From Nannocystis pusilla (GTDB lineage: Bacteria; Myxococcota_A; Polyangia; Nannocystales; Nannocystaceae), in assembly GCF_051105105.1 (NCBI RefSeq), contig NZ_CP185339.1: DNA of 64,000 nucleotides; one strand, written 5' to 3'. Every line of letters begins with the position of its first letter. Position 1 is the stretch's first letter. The position numbers were made by a program, and so were the translations under genes. A model generated the notes under the pieces. That model searched no databases and was not told where the DNA came from. It was given only the letters and a program-made list of their open reading frames with translations. This document shows, piece after piece, positions 9,713 to 18,879 of the stretch.

Positions 9713-9766
9713 TGTCAAGCTAGCTTGACACCGCTCCCGTGTCGCGTACCTTTGACATCATGTCAA
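9713..9766. promoter_or_regulatory. two palindromic operator-like sites sharing TTGACA half-sites upstream of/overlapping the start of the membrane protein-XRE operon
   Basis: Perfect 18-bp palindrome TGTCAAGCTAGCTTGACA (9713-9730) and TTGACATCATGTCAA (9752-9766), immediately 5' of the gene at 9739 whose downstream partner is an XRE-family HTH regulator. Confidence 0.45.
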
Positions 9767-10214
9767 GCAAAGCTGTCACCGCTGAGGCGTGCATGAGCGC
9801 CTCGTTCGCGGAGAAGAGCGCCTGGATCCAGCTGATCGGCGTGGCCGTCGCGCTGGGCCTCTACTTCGCGGTCGCCGGCTGGATGCTGGCGAGTGGCATC
9901 ACCATCCTCCCCGCCTTCGCCGGCGTGTTCGTGGTCGCCGTCGTGCTGCTGGTGGCGCTCCTCGTCGGCGGCCACCTCGTCGCCGCGCTCGTCGGCCGCC
10001 CCGAGGCGCCCGAACGTCCGCGACCGCGAGATCGAGGGCCGCGCCGAGAGTCGCACCGGCTGGATCCTCGCCACCGGCGTGATCGGGGCCATCGGCGCCC
10101 TCGTCGTCGCCGTCGAGCCGGTGTGGGTCGCGCACCTGTTGCTGCTGTCGCTGTACCTGTCGGAGCTCGCCCGCCTCGCGCTGCAGCTCGTCTACTACCG
10201 GCGCGGGATGTAGC
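9739..10214 (+). CDS. small membrane protein (DUF2178-like partner of an XRE regulator), frameshifted near 10015
   Basis: TM helices 'WIQLIGVAVALGLYFAVAGWML' and 'LPAFAGVFVVAVVLLVALLVGG' in the first frame; a further TM ('ILATGVIGAIGALVVAV...') continues in the frame of ORF 9893..10213, so one indel around 10010-10020. Confidence 0.5.
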
Positions 10215-10215
10215 C

Positions 10216-10443
10216 GTGGAGCCCGCGCGCGGCAGCGTGAAGAACCGGATCCGCCAGCTCCGCTTCGAGCACGGCGAGATGACGCAGCAGGAGCTGGCCG
10301 AGCGGATCGGCGTCAGTCGCCAGACCGTCAACGCGATCGAGGGCGGCAAGTACGCCCCGTCGCTCGAGGTCGCCTTCCGGATCGCCCTCGTCTTCGCCGT
10401 CCCGCTCGAGGCCGTGTTTCAGTTCGACCCCGACGCGAAGTGA
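10216..10443 (+). CDS. XRE-family helix-turn-helix transcriptional regulator
   Basis: 'MTQQELAERIGVSRQTVNAIEGGKYAPSLEVAFRIALVF' is a classic Cro/C1 HTH. GTG start right after the membrane protein stop. Confidence 0.75.
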   Translation: MEPARGSVKNRIRQLRFEHGEMTQQELAERIGVSRQTVNAIEGGKYAPSLEVAFRIALVFAVPLEAVFQFDPDAK

Positions 10444-10445
10444 CG

Positions 10446-10575
10446 GCCACGCACCTGTCCCTTCAGACAGTCTTCTCGTGGCGCCGAGATCGTCACCCCG
10501 AACGGCCCGTCGCACGCACCTGTCCCTTCGGACAGTCTTCACTGCACCGCGATCGTCACCTCGAACGGCCCGCTC
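10446..10575. repeat. ~65-bp tandem duplication containing the palindromic element CACCTGTCCCTTC(A/G)GACAG and a copy of the 3' end of the convergent GspC-like gene
   Basis: Unit 1 at 10450-10513 and unit 2 at 10514-10575 are ~85% identical. Unit 2 overlaps the real stop of the minus-strand gene. Confidence 0.6.
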
Positions 10576-11159
10576 TTGCGGGTGCCCGTGACCGTCCAGC
10601 GGTCGAGCGTGCGCAGCTGCGAGTACGCGCGCAGCAACGCCTCCATGTCCCCCACCGCTTGCCCGGCCACGGTGCGCACCAGGTCCCCATTTTAAAACCC
10701 AGCAGCGCCAGCGGCGACTCGGAGCGGATCGCGAACAGCTTGAAGCCGACCGCCTTGCCGTCTTCCATCGCCGGGAGCACGCGCGCCAGCCGGGCCATCG
10801 CCTCGGGCGCCGCCATGAACGCCTCGAGCTCGCTGCGCTTCACCACGCAGGTCCCGTCGGCGCACGTCGGCGTCAGCGTCGGCGTCGCCGCTCCTGCGAG
10901 CGTCGCGTCCGTCGCCGGCGCTGGCGGAGCGTCGCCGGCCCCATGCGGCGGAGACCGGTCGATCTCGCACGCCGCCCGATCGGCCCGAGCCTTCGCCAGC
11001 TCGCTCGTCAGCGACTCGATCCGCTGCCCCTGCTCCTTGACCAGCGCCAACGTCGCCGCCAGCTCCGCCCGCACCGCCGCCAGCTCCCTCTCCTTCGCCG
11101 GGTCGCACCCGCCCAGCAGCCCCAGCAACATCCACGCGTCGATCCGTCGCCCCGGCATC
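10556..11159 (-). CDS. GspC-like PDZ-domain protein (possible lipoprotein), frameshifted at an A/T homopolymer near 10690
   Basis: Start 'MPGRRIDAWMLLGLLGGC' (lipobox-like), a coiled region, then a PDZ-like C-terminus 'GFKLFAIRSESPLALLGF' that continues in another frame as 'NGDLVRTVAGQAVGDMEALLRAYSQLRTLDRWTVTGTRKSGPFEVTIAVQ'. The shift lies at 'ccccattttaaaaccc'. Confidence 0.5.
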
Positions 11160-11302
11160 GACGCCACTTCAGCACGTCCGCCCCGGCCGCGACAAGCGCC
11201 ACCGCCTCTGCTTCGGCCCGCGCGTCCCCGCGGCGACGAGCGCCCCGGTCTCTGCGTAGGCACGCTCCGCCCCGGCCGCGACAAGCGCTACAGTCCTTGC
11301 GC

Positions 11303-11518
11303 GTGACCCTGCCCGCCGAGCCCCGCGAGCCGCTGCTCCTGGCCCTCCGCCGCGCCGACCCGCCCGCCTTCCGCCGCGAGGTCCGGGCGGTCCTGGCAGC
11401 CCAGTGCAGCGTGAGCGCCGGCGCCCGCGCCCTCGGCGTGCGCGAGGCGACCCTGCGCGATCTGCTGGCGGGCGACGCCGAGCTGGCCCGCGGCCTCGAC
11501 CTCGACGACTGGCCCTGA
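11303..11518 (+). CDS. small HTH-like protein (speculative)
   Basis: GTG-initiated 71-aa ORF with 'VSAGARALGVREATLRDLLAG', resembling a Fis/NtrC-type HTH. Weak support. Confidence 0.25.
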   Translation: MTLPAEPREPLLLALRRADPPAFRREVRAVLAAQCSVSAGARALGVREATLRDLLAGDAELARGLDLDDWP

Positions 11519-11649
11519 GGACAGGCTGTTCACGACGCGTCCTCGCCCGACCGCGGAGCGATCGAACCGTCGCTGGGCGCGGCTCGCCGGCTCGGCACCG
11601 ACCGCCTACGGCCGCTCGCTCATGACCACAAAGACATGTTCCGAAGCAC

Positions 11650-12141
11650 ATGTCCTATACGCCATATCACCGCCGTGACAACGCCCCCGCTGCGTGCCAG
11701 ACTCGCCGCGTGCTCAAGCCCGTCGTCATCAGCGAAGCCGAGCTCGACCGCCGCCACGGCACCTTCGCCCGCCTCGCCTCGGGCGGCCGCTACGGCTGCG
11801 CCTGCGCCGTCTACGACGGCAACGTCACCGTCGAGGGCGACGCCTGGCTCGGCGACGAGCACTGGTCGCAGCTGCAGCTCGCCGCCGCCCCCGACGACAT
11901 CGGCACCATCGTCGTCACCGGCAGCCTCACGGTTCGCGGCGACCTCTGCGTGTCCGACCGCTTGATGTGCGCCGTCGTCCTCGGCGACCTCGTCGCCCGC
12001 GAGCTCGCCATCTTCGAGACCGAGTTCTACGTCGGCGGCGACCTGCGGGTCGAACGCCTGCGCGACCGCGACGAGTACCTCACCGTCGCCGGCGCGCGCT
12101 CGATCGCCGAGCCCGCCGTCGATCCCGACGACGACGAGTGA
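11650..12141 (+). CDS. hypothetical protein
   Basis: 163-aa ORF with coding-like composition; no family recognised. A palindromic element overlaps its 5' end. Confidence 0.4.
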   Translation: MSYTPYHRRDNAPAACQTRRVLKPVVISEAELDRRHGTFARLASGGRYGCACAVYDGNVTVEGDAWLGDEHWSQLQLAAAPDDIGTIVVTGSLTVRGDLCVSDRLMCAVVLGDLVARELAIFETEFYVGGDLRVERLRDRDEYLTVAGARSIAEPAVDPDDDE

Positions 12142-12151
12142 CCTGGCCCGA

Positions 12152-12203
12152 GTGACATGCCCCCGAGGACATGTCACAAACAACCTGCCCCGAAGGACAG
12201 GCG
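12152..12203. repeat. two palindromic elements between convergent genes (terminator-like)
   Basis: GTGACATGCCCCCGAGGACATGTCAC (perfect 8-bp arms, 12152-12177) and CAACCTGCCCCGAAGGACAGGCG (12183-12203). Confidence 0.65.
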
Positions 12204-12208
12204 CCAGC

Positions 12209-15077
12209 TCAACCCTTGCGCCGGCGCGCCCGGACCACGCAGCGGGCCGCGCGTTGCGGGCGGAACAGGGTCCTCGCCAGCGCCCACACCCCCTCGGCGG
12301 TCACCGCCGCCACTCGCTGCGGATAGGCGAACGCGCGCGCGCGCGGCAGCCCGTAGACCTCGGACAGCGCCAGCAGCGACGCCATCCGGCTGCGGCGCTG
12401 CTGGCCGAGCTCGAACTGGCCGACCAGCCACGCCTTGGCGCGCTCGACCTCCGCGGCCGACGGCGGCTCTCGCACCGCGCGCTCGACCTCGGCCGCGATC
12501 GCGGCCATCGCCTTCGGCAGCTTGTCCTGGCTGGTCGACGCGTGGATCGCCACGTGGCCGGCGTCGACGCCCTCCACGCTGCTCATCGACACCTCGTAGA
12601 CCAGCCCCTGGACCTCGCGCAGCGCGGTGAACAGGCGCCCGGTCTGGCCGCCGAGCACCGCGCTGAGCACGTCGAGGGTCGGCTCGCGCTCGTCGCCGAC
12701 GGCGATGCCCGGCCAGCCGAGGGCGATGTGGGCTTGCTCGCGGTCCTGGAAGATCTCGCGCTCGCGCGGCCCGGTCGGCGCCGCGAACTTCTTCGGCGCA
12801 CCTGGCCCTTCAGACAGCCTGTCCCCGAGGCCAGCCTCGCGCAGCGCCGCCTCGACCTGGGCCGCGGCCGCCGCCACGTCGATGTCGCCGGCCAGGGCCA
12901 GCACCGCCTGCCCGATCGGGTAGTCGCGGCGCCACAGCCCGCGCAGCTTGGCCGGCGTCAGCGCCCGCAGGCCGGCCGGCGTGCCGCGGCCCGGGCGGCT
13001 GAACGGGTGCTCGCCGTACAGCAGCGCGTTGAGCCCGCGGCTGGCCACCGCGCCCGGATCGTCGACCTCGGCCGCCAGATCCTGCAGCGCCACCCGCCGC
13101 TCCTCCTCGAGCCTCGTCGGCCGCGAACTTCGGCGTCAGCGCGCAGTCGAGCGCGTGCCCGAGCACCGCCGGGAAGTGGCGGCTCAGGCACTCGAAGTGC
13201 AGGCCCAGGCTGTTGCGGCCGGCGAAGCCGTCGAGCCCCGCGGCCATCCCGTCGATCGCCCGGCTCAGCGCCTCGCCGCCGGTGCGGGCGTTGCCGCGGG
13301 TGAGCAGCGCCGCGATCACCGAGTTCGCGCCGGCCAGCGCCGCCGGCTCGCGCCGCAGCCCGCCGGGCCAGATCAGCCAGCCCGCCGCCACCGGCACCGC
13401 CGGCTCGACCCGCGCCAAGAGGCGCAGCCCGCACGCCAGCGTCACCGTCTCGATGCCGTCGCTGGCCCGCCGCGGCGTCGCCCCGGCGCGCCCCGGCGTC
13501 GGCGCCGGCTTCAGCGCCTCGGCCACCGCGGCCTTGATCGACCTGGCCGTCGGGACATCCACCTCCGCGCGCGGCAGCTCGAGGCTGACGCTCGCGCGCG
13601 CCGGGTCGAGCCAGCGCCCGCAGGCCGAGCGGACCGCCTCGGGCGTCAGCGCCGCCAGGGCCGCGTAGTACTCGCGCTCGCGGGCCAGGTCGCCGAACAG
13701 CGTCGCGCAGGCCCCGAGCGCGTGCGCCTGGCCCTGCACCGTCTCGCGCCGGTACACCAGGTCGCTCTCGAGGATCGCCTTGGCCCGCGCCAGCTCCTCG
13801 GCCGACACCGGCGCGTCCGCCAGCCGCCGCACCTGGGCCAGCACCGCCGCCACCGCCGCCGCCGTCTGCTTCGCGGTCGTGCGCGCCGACACCATCACCG
13901 TCCCGCCGTGCCGCAGCGTGTCGCAGTGGGCCTGGATGTCCGAAACGACCTGTTCTTTGCGACGTGTCTCGGCGACCAGGCGCGACGACTCCCCGTTGCC
14001 GAGCACCACCGCCGCCGCGTCGATCGCCGCCGCCTCGGCCGCGCCCGCCGCCGGGGCCGGCCAGGCCAGCAGCGCGTAGGTCTCCTGGACCTCGGCGCGG
14101 CGCAGCGTCACCCCCGGCTTCGCCGCCGGCTCGCCCGCCGACGCGCGCCCCTTGGCCGCCGGCAGCGCGCCGACGATCGCCCGCGCCACCTTGCGCAGCG
14201 CCGCCACGTCGACCGCGCCGACCGCCACCAGAGTCAGCCGCTCACCCGCGTAGGCCCGCCGGTGATACCCGCGCAGCCGCGCCGCCGAGTGCCCCGCGAC
14301 CTCCTCCGCCAGGCCGAGCACCGGCCGCGCGTACGCGTGCGCCCCGTACACCCGCGACAGCGCCGCCTGCGTCACCCGCTGGCCCGGGTCGTCGTCGTAC
14401 TGCTTGATCTCCTCGATCACCACCTCGCGCTCCTGCCCCAGCGTGGCCGGGTCGAGCGTCGGGAACAGCGTCGCGGTGGCCACCAGCGCCGCCGCCTCGG
14501 CCGCGCGGGCCGCCGGCGTCGTCACGTGGACCACCGTCTCGTCGTGGCTGGTGAACGCGTTGATGTCGCCGCCGAGCGCCTCGATCGCGCCCGCGAGGTC
14601 GAACGCCTCCTCGGTCCGCCGCACCCCGGCCGCGGCCAGGCGCGCGCGGTTGCTCTTCGGGCCATGTCCCAAAACACATGGCTTGAAGAGCATGTGCTCG
14701 AGCAGGTGGGCGCAGCCGTGCTCGTCCTCCCGCTCGGCCGCCGTGCCCGAGCCGACCCACAGCTGCACCGCCGCCGGCCCGGCCCCGGCCGGGCGCGCCG
14801 GCAGGATCAGCAGGCGGGCGCCGTTGGCCAGCCGCTCGTCGACGAGCGGCGCGAATTGAGTGGCGGCGCCGGGGAGATCGAGGCCGCGGGGCGAAGGAGG
14901 CGAGACGGGCAGATCGGGCACGGTAAAAGCTCGCCGCCCGCCGGTCGCGCGCGGCGCCTCCTCATACCGCGAGTCGCCGCCGCGCGCATCCTCGCCCGCG
15001 CCCGGCGCCGCGCCGCGACCAATCCGCGGCCCCGGGCCGCCAGCGCTCGCGGAGCGCCGCCGCCGGGCCGCGGCCAC
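12209..15077 (-). CDS. M16 family zinc metallopeptidase (insulinase/pitrilysin-like, two-lobe), with an apparent frameshift near 13115
   Basis: Inverted zinc motif 'HLLEHMLFK' (HxxEH). The N-half ORF 12810..15077 and C-half ORF 12209..13093 overlap in different frames, and 'TPKFAA' joins to 'EEERRVALQDL' if one indel at ~13115 is corrected. In-frame palindromic-element insertions sit next to the active-site motif and in the inter-lobe linker. Confidence 0.8.
14659..14700. repeat. palindromic element inserted in frame right after the HxxEH...K active-site segment of the M16 peptidase
   Basis: GGGCCATGTCCCAAAACACATGGC encodes 'PCVLGHGP' between 'HLLEHMLFK' and 'KSNRAR'. Related in-frame copies are at 13935-13972 and 12799-12830 in the same gene. 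Confidence 0.6.
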
Positions 15078-15317
15078 GAACTGCGTCCCACCCCGTCCTC
15101 CGCTCGCGGACCGCCGTCACCGCCCGTCCCTGTCGATCTCGTCACGCGCCGCGCCGCGATCTCGACCGCGCTCGGCACCGTCGCCACCGACGAGCCCGCT
15201 CGGCAATCTCGCCGCCGACGCGGGCTGTCGCCGCTCCCGGCCGCTCCCTCCGCCTGCGCGCCCACGCCCGCGCCCGCGGGCCGGTCCGCCGCCCGGGTTC
15301 TGCGGTATGGTCCCGCC

Positions 15318-17186
15318 GTGCTCTCACCGACGCTCGCGTTGCGCTGCCCGCATTGCCAGCACGCGCTCTCGCTCGCCGATCTGCGCGACACCGCCGCCTG
15401 CCCCGCGTGCCGGGAGCTCCACGGCCTGCCGCCGGCCGTCGCCGACGCCCTGGCCCTCTACGAGCGGGCCATCCAGCAGGCCGTCAGCGACCTGGTCCGC
15501 GGCGCACCTGTCCCGACGGCCAGCCCCGAACCCGCCGACGAGGCCCCGCCGCCGAGCCCGCGGCTCCACGCGCGCCACCAGCCCGGCCCCTCGGCCAGGC
15601 TGCTCGCCGCTCCCGTCCCGCCGACCACCCTGCTCTCGATCGGCCCGGCCCCGCCGCCCGCCGTCCCGGCCCCCATGCGACCTGTCCTGAGGGACAGCGA
15701 CGCGACGCTCGCCGCTCCCGAGCCCGGCGACACCTTGCAAGGCCCCCGCCCCGGCCGCTGGGCCGACGCCCGGCCCGGCTCGCTGGCGGCCGAGCTGGCG
15801 GGCCTGGCCGCCCCCGGGCGCGACGCCGAGCCGGAGCCGGCCCAGCTGTCGCTGCCCGTCGATACACCTGTCCCCGCGGACAGCCTACCTGTCTCCGCGG
15901 ACACACGATTCCAACCTGCCCCATCGGACAGCCGGAACCTCGACCTCGCCGCCACGCGCTCTCCACCTGTCCCCGCGGACAGCCGGAACTCACCTGTCCT
16001 CGCGGACAGCCTTCGACCGCCACCTGTCCCTGCGGACAGCTCCCCCGCCGCGCCCGCCCCGCTCACCGCCGTCGCTCCCGGCTTCGACCCGGCCGCGCTG
16101 TCCGGCCCCTTGCCCGCCCCGCGCGAGCGGGCAGGTGACCTCGGGGCCAGCCTCGCCCGCGACCCGGCCGCGCGGACGACCGCCAGCGACACCCTCCCGG
16201 GCGCCGCGGTGAACCCCTCGAACTCCTCGCTCCTGGCGATCCTCTCCAACCGCTCCGGCGCCAGCCTCAGCGCGCCCTCCTCCACGGCGGGGCTGGCGGC
16301 TCCGCCCGGCGGTCTGGCCGAGGCGCCGCTGGTGGTCGCCGCCGTGCGCGAGCCCGCCGACCGCCCGCCGTCCCCCGCGACCCAGGAGCTCATCGCCGCC
16401 GTCCGCTCCTTCCTCCCCGATCGGCCCGACGCCGCCGGCCCCGAGCCCGAGGGACGGATCCCCGCCAGCGCCCTCGCGGTCGCCCGCCGCGCCCTCCTGG
16501 CCCGCCACGCGGACGAGCGGCGCCAGCAGCAGGTCCGCGACGGCGGCCTCGGCCTCCTGTTCGCCGCCATCGTCTGCGGCGGCCTGCTGCTGTTCGGCCT
16601 GTGGTACGTCGCCGCCCCGATCGCCGTCCTCGCCGTCCTCCTGCGTCTGCGCCGGGAGGAGCGCGGCGAGCGGTTCGGCGCCGAGGTCCAGCGCCTCGGC
16701 GACGCTCTGGGCGGCCAGCGCCTCCCCAGCTACGACGCCATCGCCGCGTGGTTCGACCGCCTGTGGCCCGCGCCCGTCAGCCCCGAGGCGATGTGGACCA
16801 GCCACCTGCACGGTGCAGTCCGCTGCGACGTGCACGGCTTCCCCGCGCTGGTCAACGTCCACCTGAACGAAAAGACAGCCGGCGGCGTCGTCTACCCGCC
16901 GCGGATCACCGCCTACCTCGCGGCCCTCTGGCCCGGCCGCGTGCCCTCCCTGCGCATCACCGCCACCGACCTCACCCCCGCCGCCCAGGCCCGGCTCGCG
17001 CGCCTGCGCAAGGCCGGCTACACCGTCGTCGCCGACGCCAACGGCGGCCTCATCATGCGCGCCAGCGAGTCGATCGCTCAGGCCGCGCGGGCCGACATCA
17101 CCCGTCTGCCCGCGCTGCAGGTCCCGATCGGCGAGCTCGCCGACCTCGCCCGCGACCTCGGGGCCGAGCCCGTCCCCGCGCCCTAG
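15318..17186 (+). CDS. zinc-ribbon membrane protein with a long Pro/Ala-rich linker (hypothetical)
   Basis: N-terminal 'CPHCQ...CPACR' zinc ribbon, a linker carrying six palindromic-element copies translated as PVPADS-like repeats, one TM 'GLGLLFAAIVCGGLLLFGLWYVAAPIAVLAVLL', and a C-terminal domain of unknown function. The start is within the large antisense ORF 12948..17186. Confidence 0.5.
   Translation: MLSPTLALRCPHCQHALSLADLRDTAACPACRELHGLPPAVADALALYERAIQQAVSDLVRGAPVPTASPEPADEAPPPSPRLHARHQPGPSARLLAAPVPPTTLLSIGPAPPPAVPAPMRPVLRDSDATLAAPEPGDTLQGPRPGRWADARPGSLAAELAGLAAPGRDAEPEPAQLSLPVDTPVPADSLPVSADTRFQPAPSDSRNLDLAATRSPPVPADSRNSPVLADSLRPPPVPADSSPAAPAPLTAVAPGFDPAALSGPLPAPRERAGDLGASLARDPAARTTASDTLPGAAVNPSNSSLLAILSNRSGASLSAPSSTAGLAAPPGGLAEAPLVVAAVREPADRPPSPATQELIAAVRSFLPDRPDAAGPEPEGRIPASALAVARRALLARHADERRQQQVRDGGLGLLFAAIVCGGLLLFGLWYVAAPIAVLAVLLRLRREERGERFGAEVQRLGDALGGQRLPSYDAIAAWFDRLWPAPVSPEAMWTSHLHGAVRCDVHGFPALVNVHLNEKTAGGVVYPPRITAYLAALWPGRVPSLRITATDLTPAAQARLARLRKAGYTVVADANGGLIMRASESIAQAARADITRLPALQVPIGELADLARDLGAEPVPAP
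15865..16040. repeat. six CACCTGTCCCCGCGGACAGC-type palindromes in the Pro-rich linker of the zinc-ribbon membrane protein
   Basis: Copies at 15865-15884, 15887-15905, 15914-15933, 15964-15984, 15991-16010 and 16021-16040, translated as PVPADS/PVSADT/PVLADS. Further copies at 15505-15525 and 15679-15698. Confidence 0.75.
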
Positions 17187-17190
17187 CGCC

Positions 17191-17616
17191 GTGTCCGTCA
17201 CGCGTGAACACGCGACCACGTCCGCCCGGTGTCCCCAGTGTGGCACCGGCGTGACCGTGCATCACACCGTCGCCCGCCGCGACGACGGCGTCCGTTGGTC
17301 CACCGCGATCCGCTGCCTCGCCTGCGGCCTCACGCTCGAGTCGGACAGCAACGCCGGCGATTCGGCCGCGCGCGCCGCCGTGCTGGCCACCAACGGCTCG
17401 TGGATCGTCCGCCTCACCGGCCTGGGCCCGCGACCGATCCGCGTCCTGCGGGCCCTCCGCGACACTCTGGGCCTCTCGCCCGCGCTCGCCCGCACGCGCC
17501 TCGGCGCCCTCGCGCAGGGCACCCGCGTCGAGATGGAGGCGCTGCTGACCAAGTTCGTCCGCGAGGGCGCCGAGGGCACCTGCGTCCGCGTCGAGCCCAC
17601 CTCCGACCCGCGCTGA
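17191..17616 (+). CDS. zinc-ribbon protein with a ribosomal L7/L12 C-terminal-domain-like region
   Basis: 'CPQCG...CLACG' zinc ribbon, then 'IRVLRALRDTLGLSPALARTRL...TRVEMEALLTKFVREGAEGTCVRVE', which resembles the L7/L12 CTD pattern (I.V...R..LGL..A...GA.V.V). Starts 4 nt after the upstream gene. Confidence 0.5.
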   Translation: MSVTREHATTSARCPQCGTGVTVHHTVARRDDGVRWSTAIRCLACGLTLESDSNAGDSAARAAVLATNGSWIVRLTGLGPRPIRVLRALRDTLGLSPALARTRLGALAQGTRVEMEALLTKFVREGAEGTCVRVEPTSDPR

Positions 17617-17903
17617 CCGGCCAGGCCGACCCTCCTCGTGCAGCGCCGCGCCGCGTGGCCAGGTTCATCCGCGAGGGCACCGCATGGAGCCCGCGCGGGA
17701 AGGCGACGCCGACCGTCCCCGTGCAGCGCCCCCCGCTGAACGGCCCGCGCGGCTCGGCGACGCGACTGTCCCTTCCCCCACCGCGAGGACCTGGTCATCA
17801 CCGCCTCCGTCCTTCGCGTCGCGTGTGGAGACCTCTCCGCCTCGCTCTCCCGCGAGCGTTGCCGCGCCGCCGAATCGCCCGCGCCTTTGGTTATGCTCGC
17901 AGC

Positions 17904-18669
17904 ATGGGTTCGTTGCGAGACAAGGTCGCGCTGATCGTCGGCGGCAATTCGGGCATCGGCAAGGCGACGGCCTTCGCCTTCGCCGACGCCGGGGCCAGGG
18001 TCGTGGTCGCCGCGCGTCGGCGGGCCGAGGGGCAGGGCGTCGTCGAGCAGCTGCGCGCCCGCGGGACCCCGGCGATCTTCGTCCCCCTCGAACGTCACCG
18101 TCGAGGACGACATCATCGCCGGCGTCGCCGCCACCGTCGCCGAGTTCGGCCGCCTCGACTGCGCCGTCAACTCCGCCGGCATCTGCGAGGACTTCGGCCC
18201 GGTCACCAACGTCGACGGCGCCGCCTTCGATCGCATGATGGCCGTCAACGTCCGCGGCACCCTCCTCGGCATGAAGCACCAGCTGAAGCAGATGGTCGCG
18301 CAGGGCGGCGGCGGCAGCATCGTCAACGTCGCCTCGATCCTCTCCCACGTCGGCACCCCCACCGGTTCGGCCTACGTCGCCACCAAGCACGCCGTCCTCG
18401 GCATCACCCGCTCGGCCGCCCTCGGCCACGCCAAGCAGGGCATCCGCGTCAACTGCGTCGCCCCCACCGCCATCACCGGCACGCCCATGGTCGACAACGC
18501 CCTGGCGAACTTCCCCGCCGTCATGGAGCCCGTCATCTCCGCCATCCCGATGGGCCGCCCCGGCCGCGCCGACGAGGTCGGCCGCACCATCGCCTGGCTC
18601 AGCAGCGACGACGCCGCCTTCATCTCCGGCCACTCGCTGGCGATCGACGGCGCCCAGCTCGCCATGTGA
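17904..18669 (+). CDS. short-chain dehydrogenase/reductase, frameshifted at a C5 run near 18085
   Basis: 'VALIVGGNSGIGKATA' Rossmann motif, then after a +1 shift 'NSAGI', 'YVATKHAV' (YxxxK), 'PTAITGTPM'. N- and C-parts are in different frames. Confidence 0.75.
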
Positions 18670-18692
18670 GCGCCGCGCCTCGTCTGCCCCGT

Positions 18693-18856
18693 CGGACATG
18701 TCCTTTCGAACATGTTTATAGAGACCGGCACGCCCGCGCGCACGGCCTCGTGAGCATCGCGCGAGATCTCGGCCCCACCTCTCAAGACATGCCCCTAAGG
18801 ACATGTGCAAGGATCACCACGCCCATGAGACATGTCCTCTCGGTCATGCCCCATCG
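18693..18856. repeat. three to four GGACATGTCC-type elements filling the gap between the convergent SDR and S41 peptidase genes
   Basis: GGACATGTCCTTTCGAACATGTTTATAG (18693-18722), AGACATGCCCCTAAGGACATGTGCAAGG (18785-18808), GAGACATGTCCTCTCGGTCATGCCCC (18826-18856). Confidence 0.65.
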
Positions 18857-18879
18857 GCCCCCGTCACCCCGGCCCGGCC

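Noticed and set aside
9699-9770. Shared 'ATGTCAAG' at the starts of the genes at 9760 and 29707
   Set aside because: This is simply the codons Met-Ser, a coincidence and not a motif. The flanking palindromes at 9713-9766 are reported separately.
12948-15300. N-terminal ~780 codons of the 1412-aa ORF 12948..17186
   Set aside because: This part is antisense to the well-supported M16 peptidase gene. Its Arg/Pro/Ala-rich low-complexity translation is typical of GC-bias shadow ORFs, and only the part from ~15318 looks genuine.
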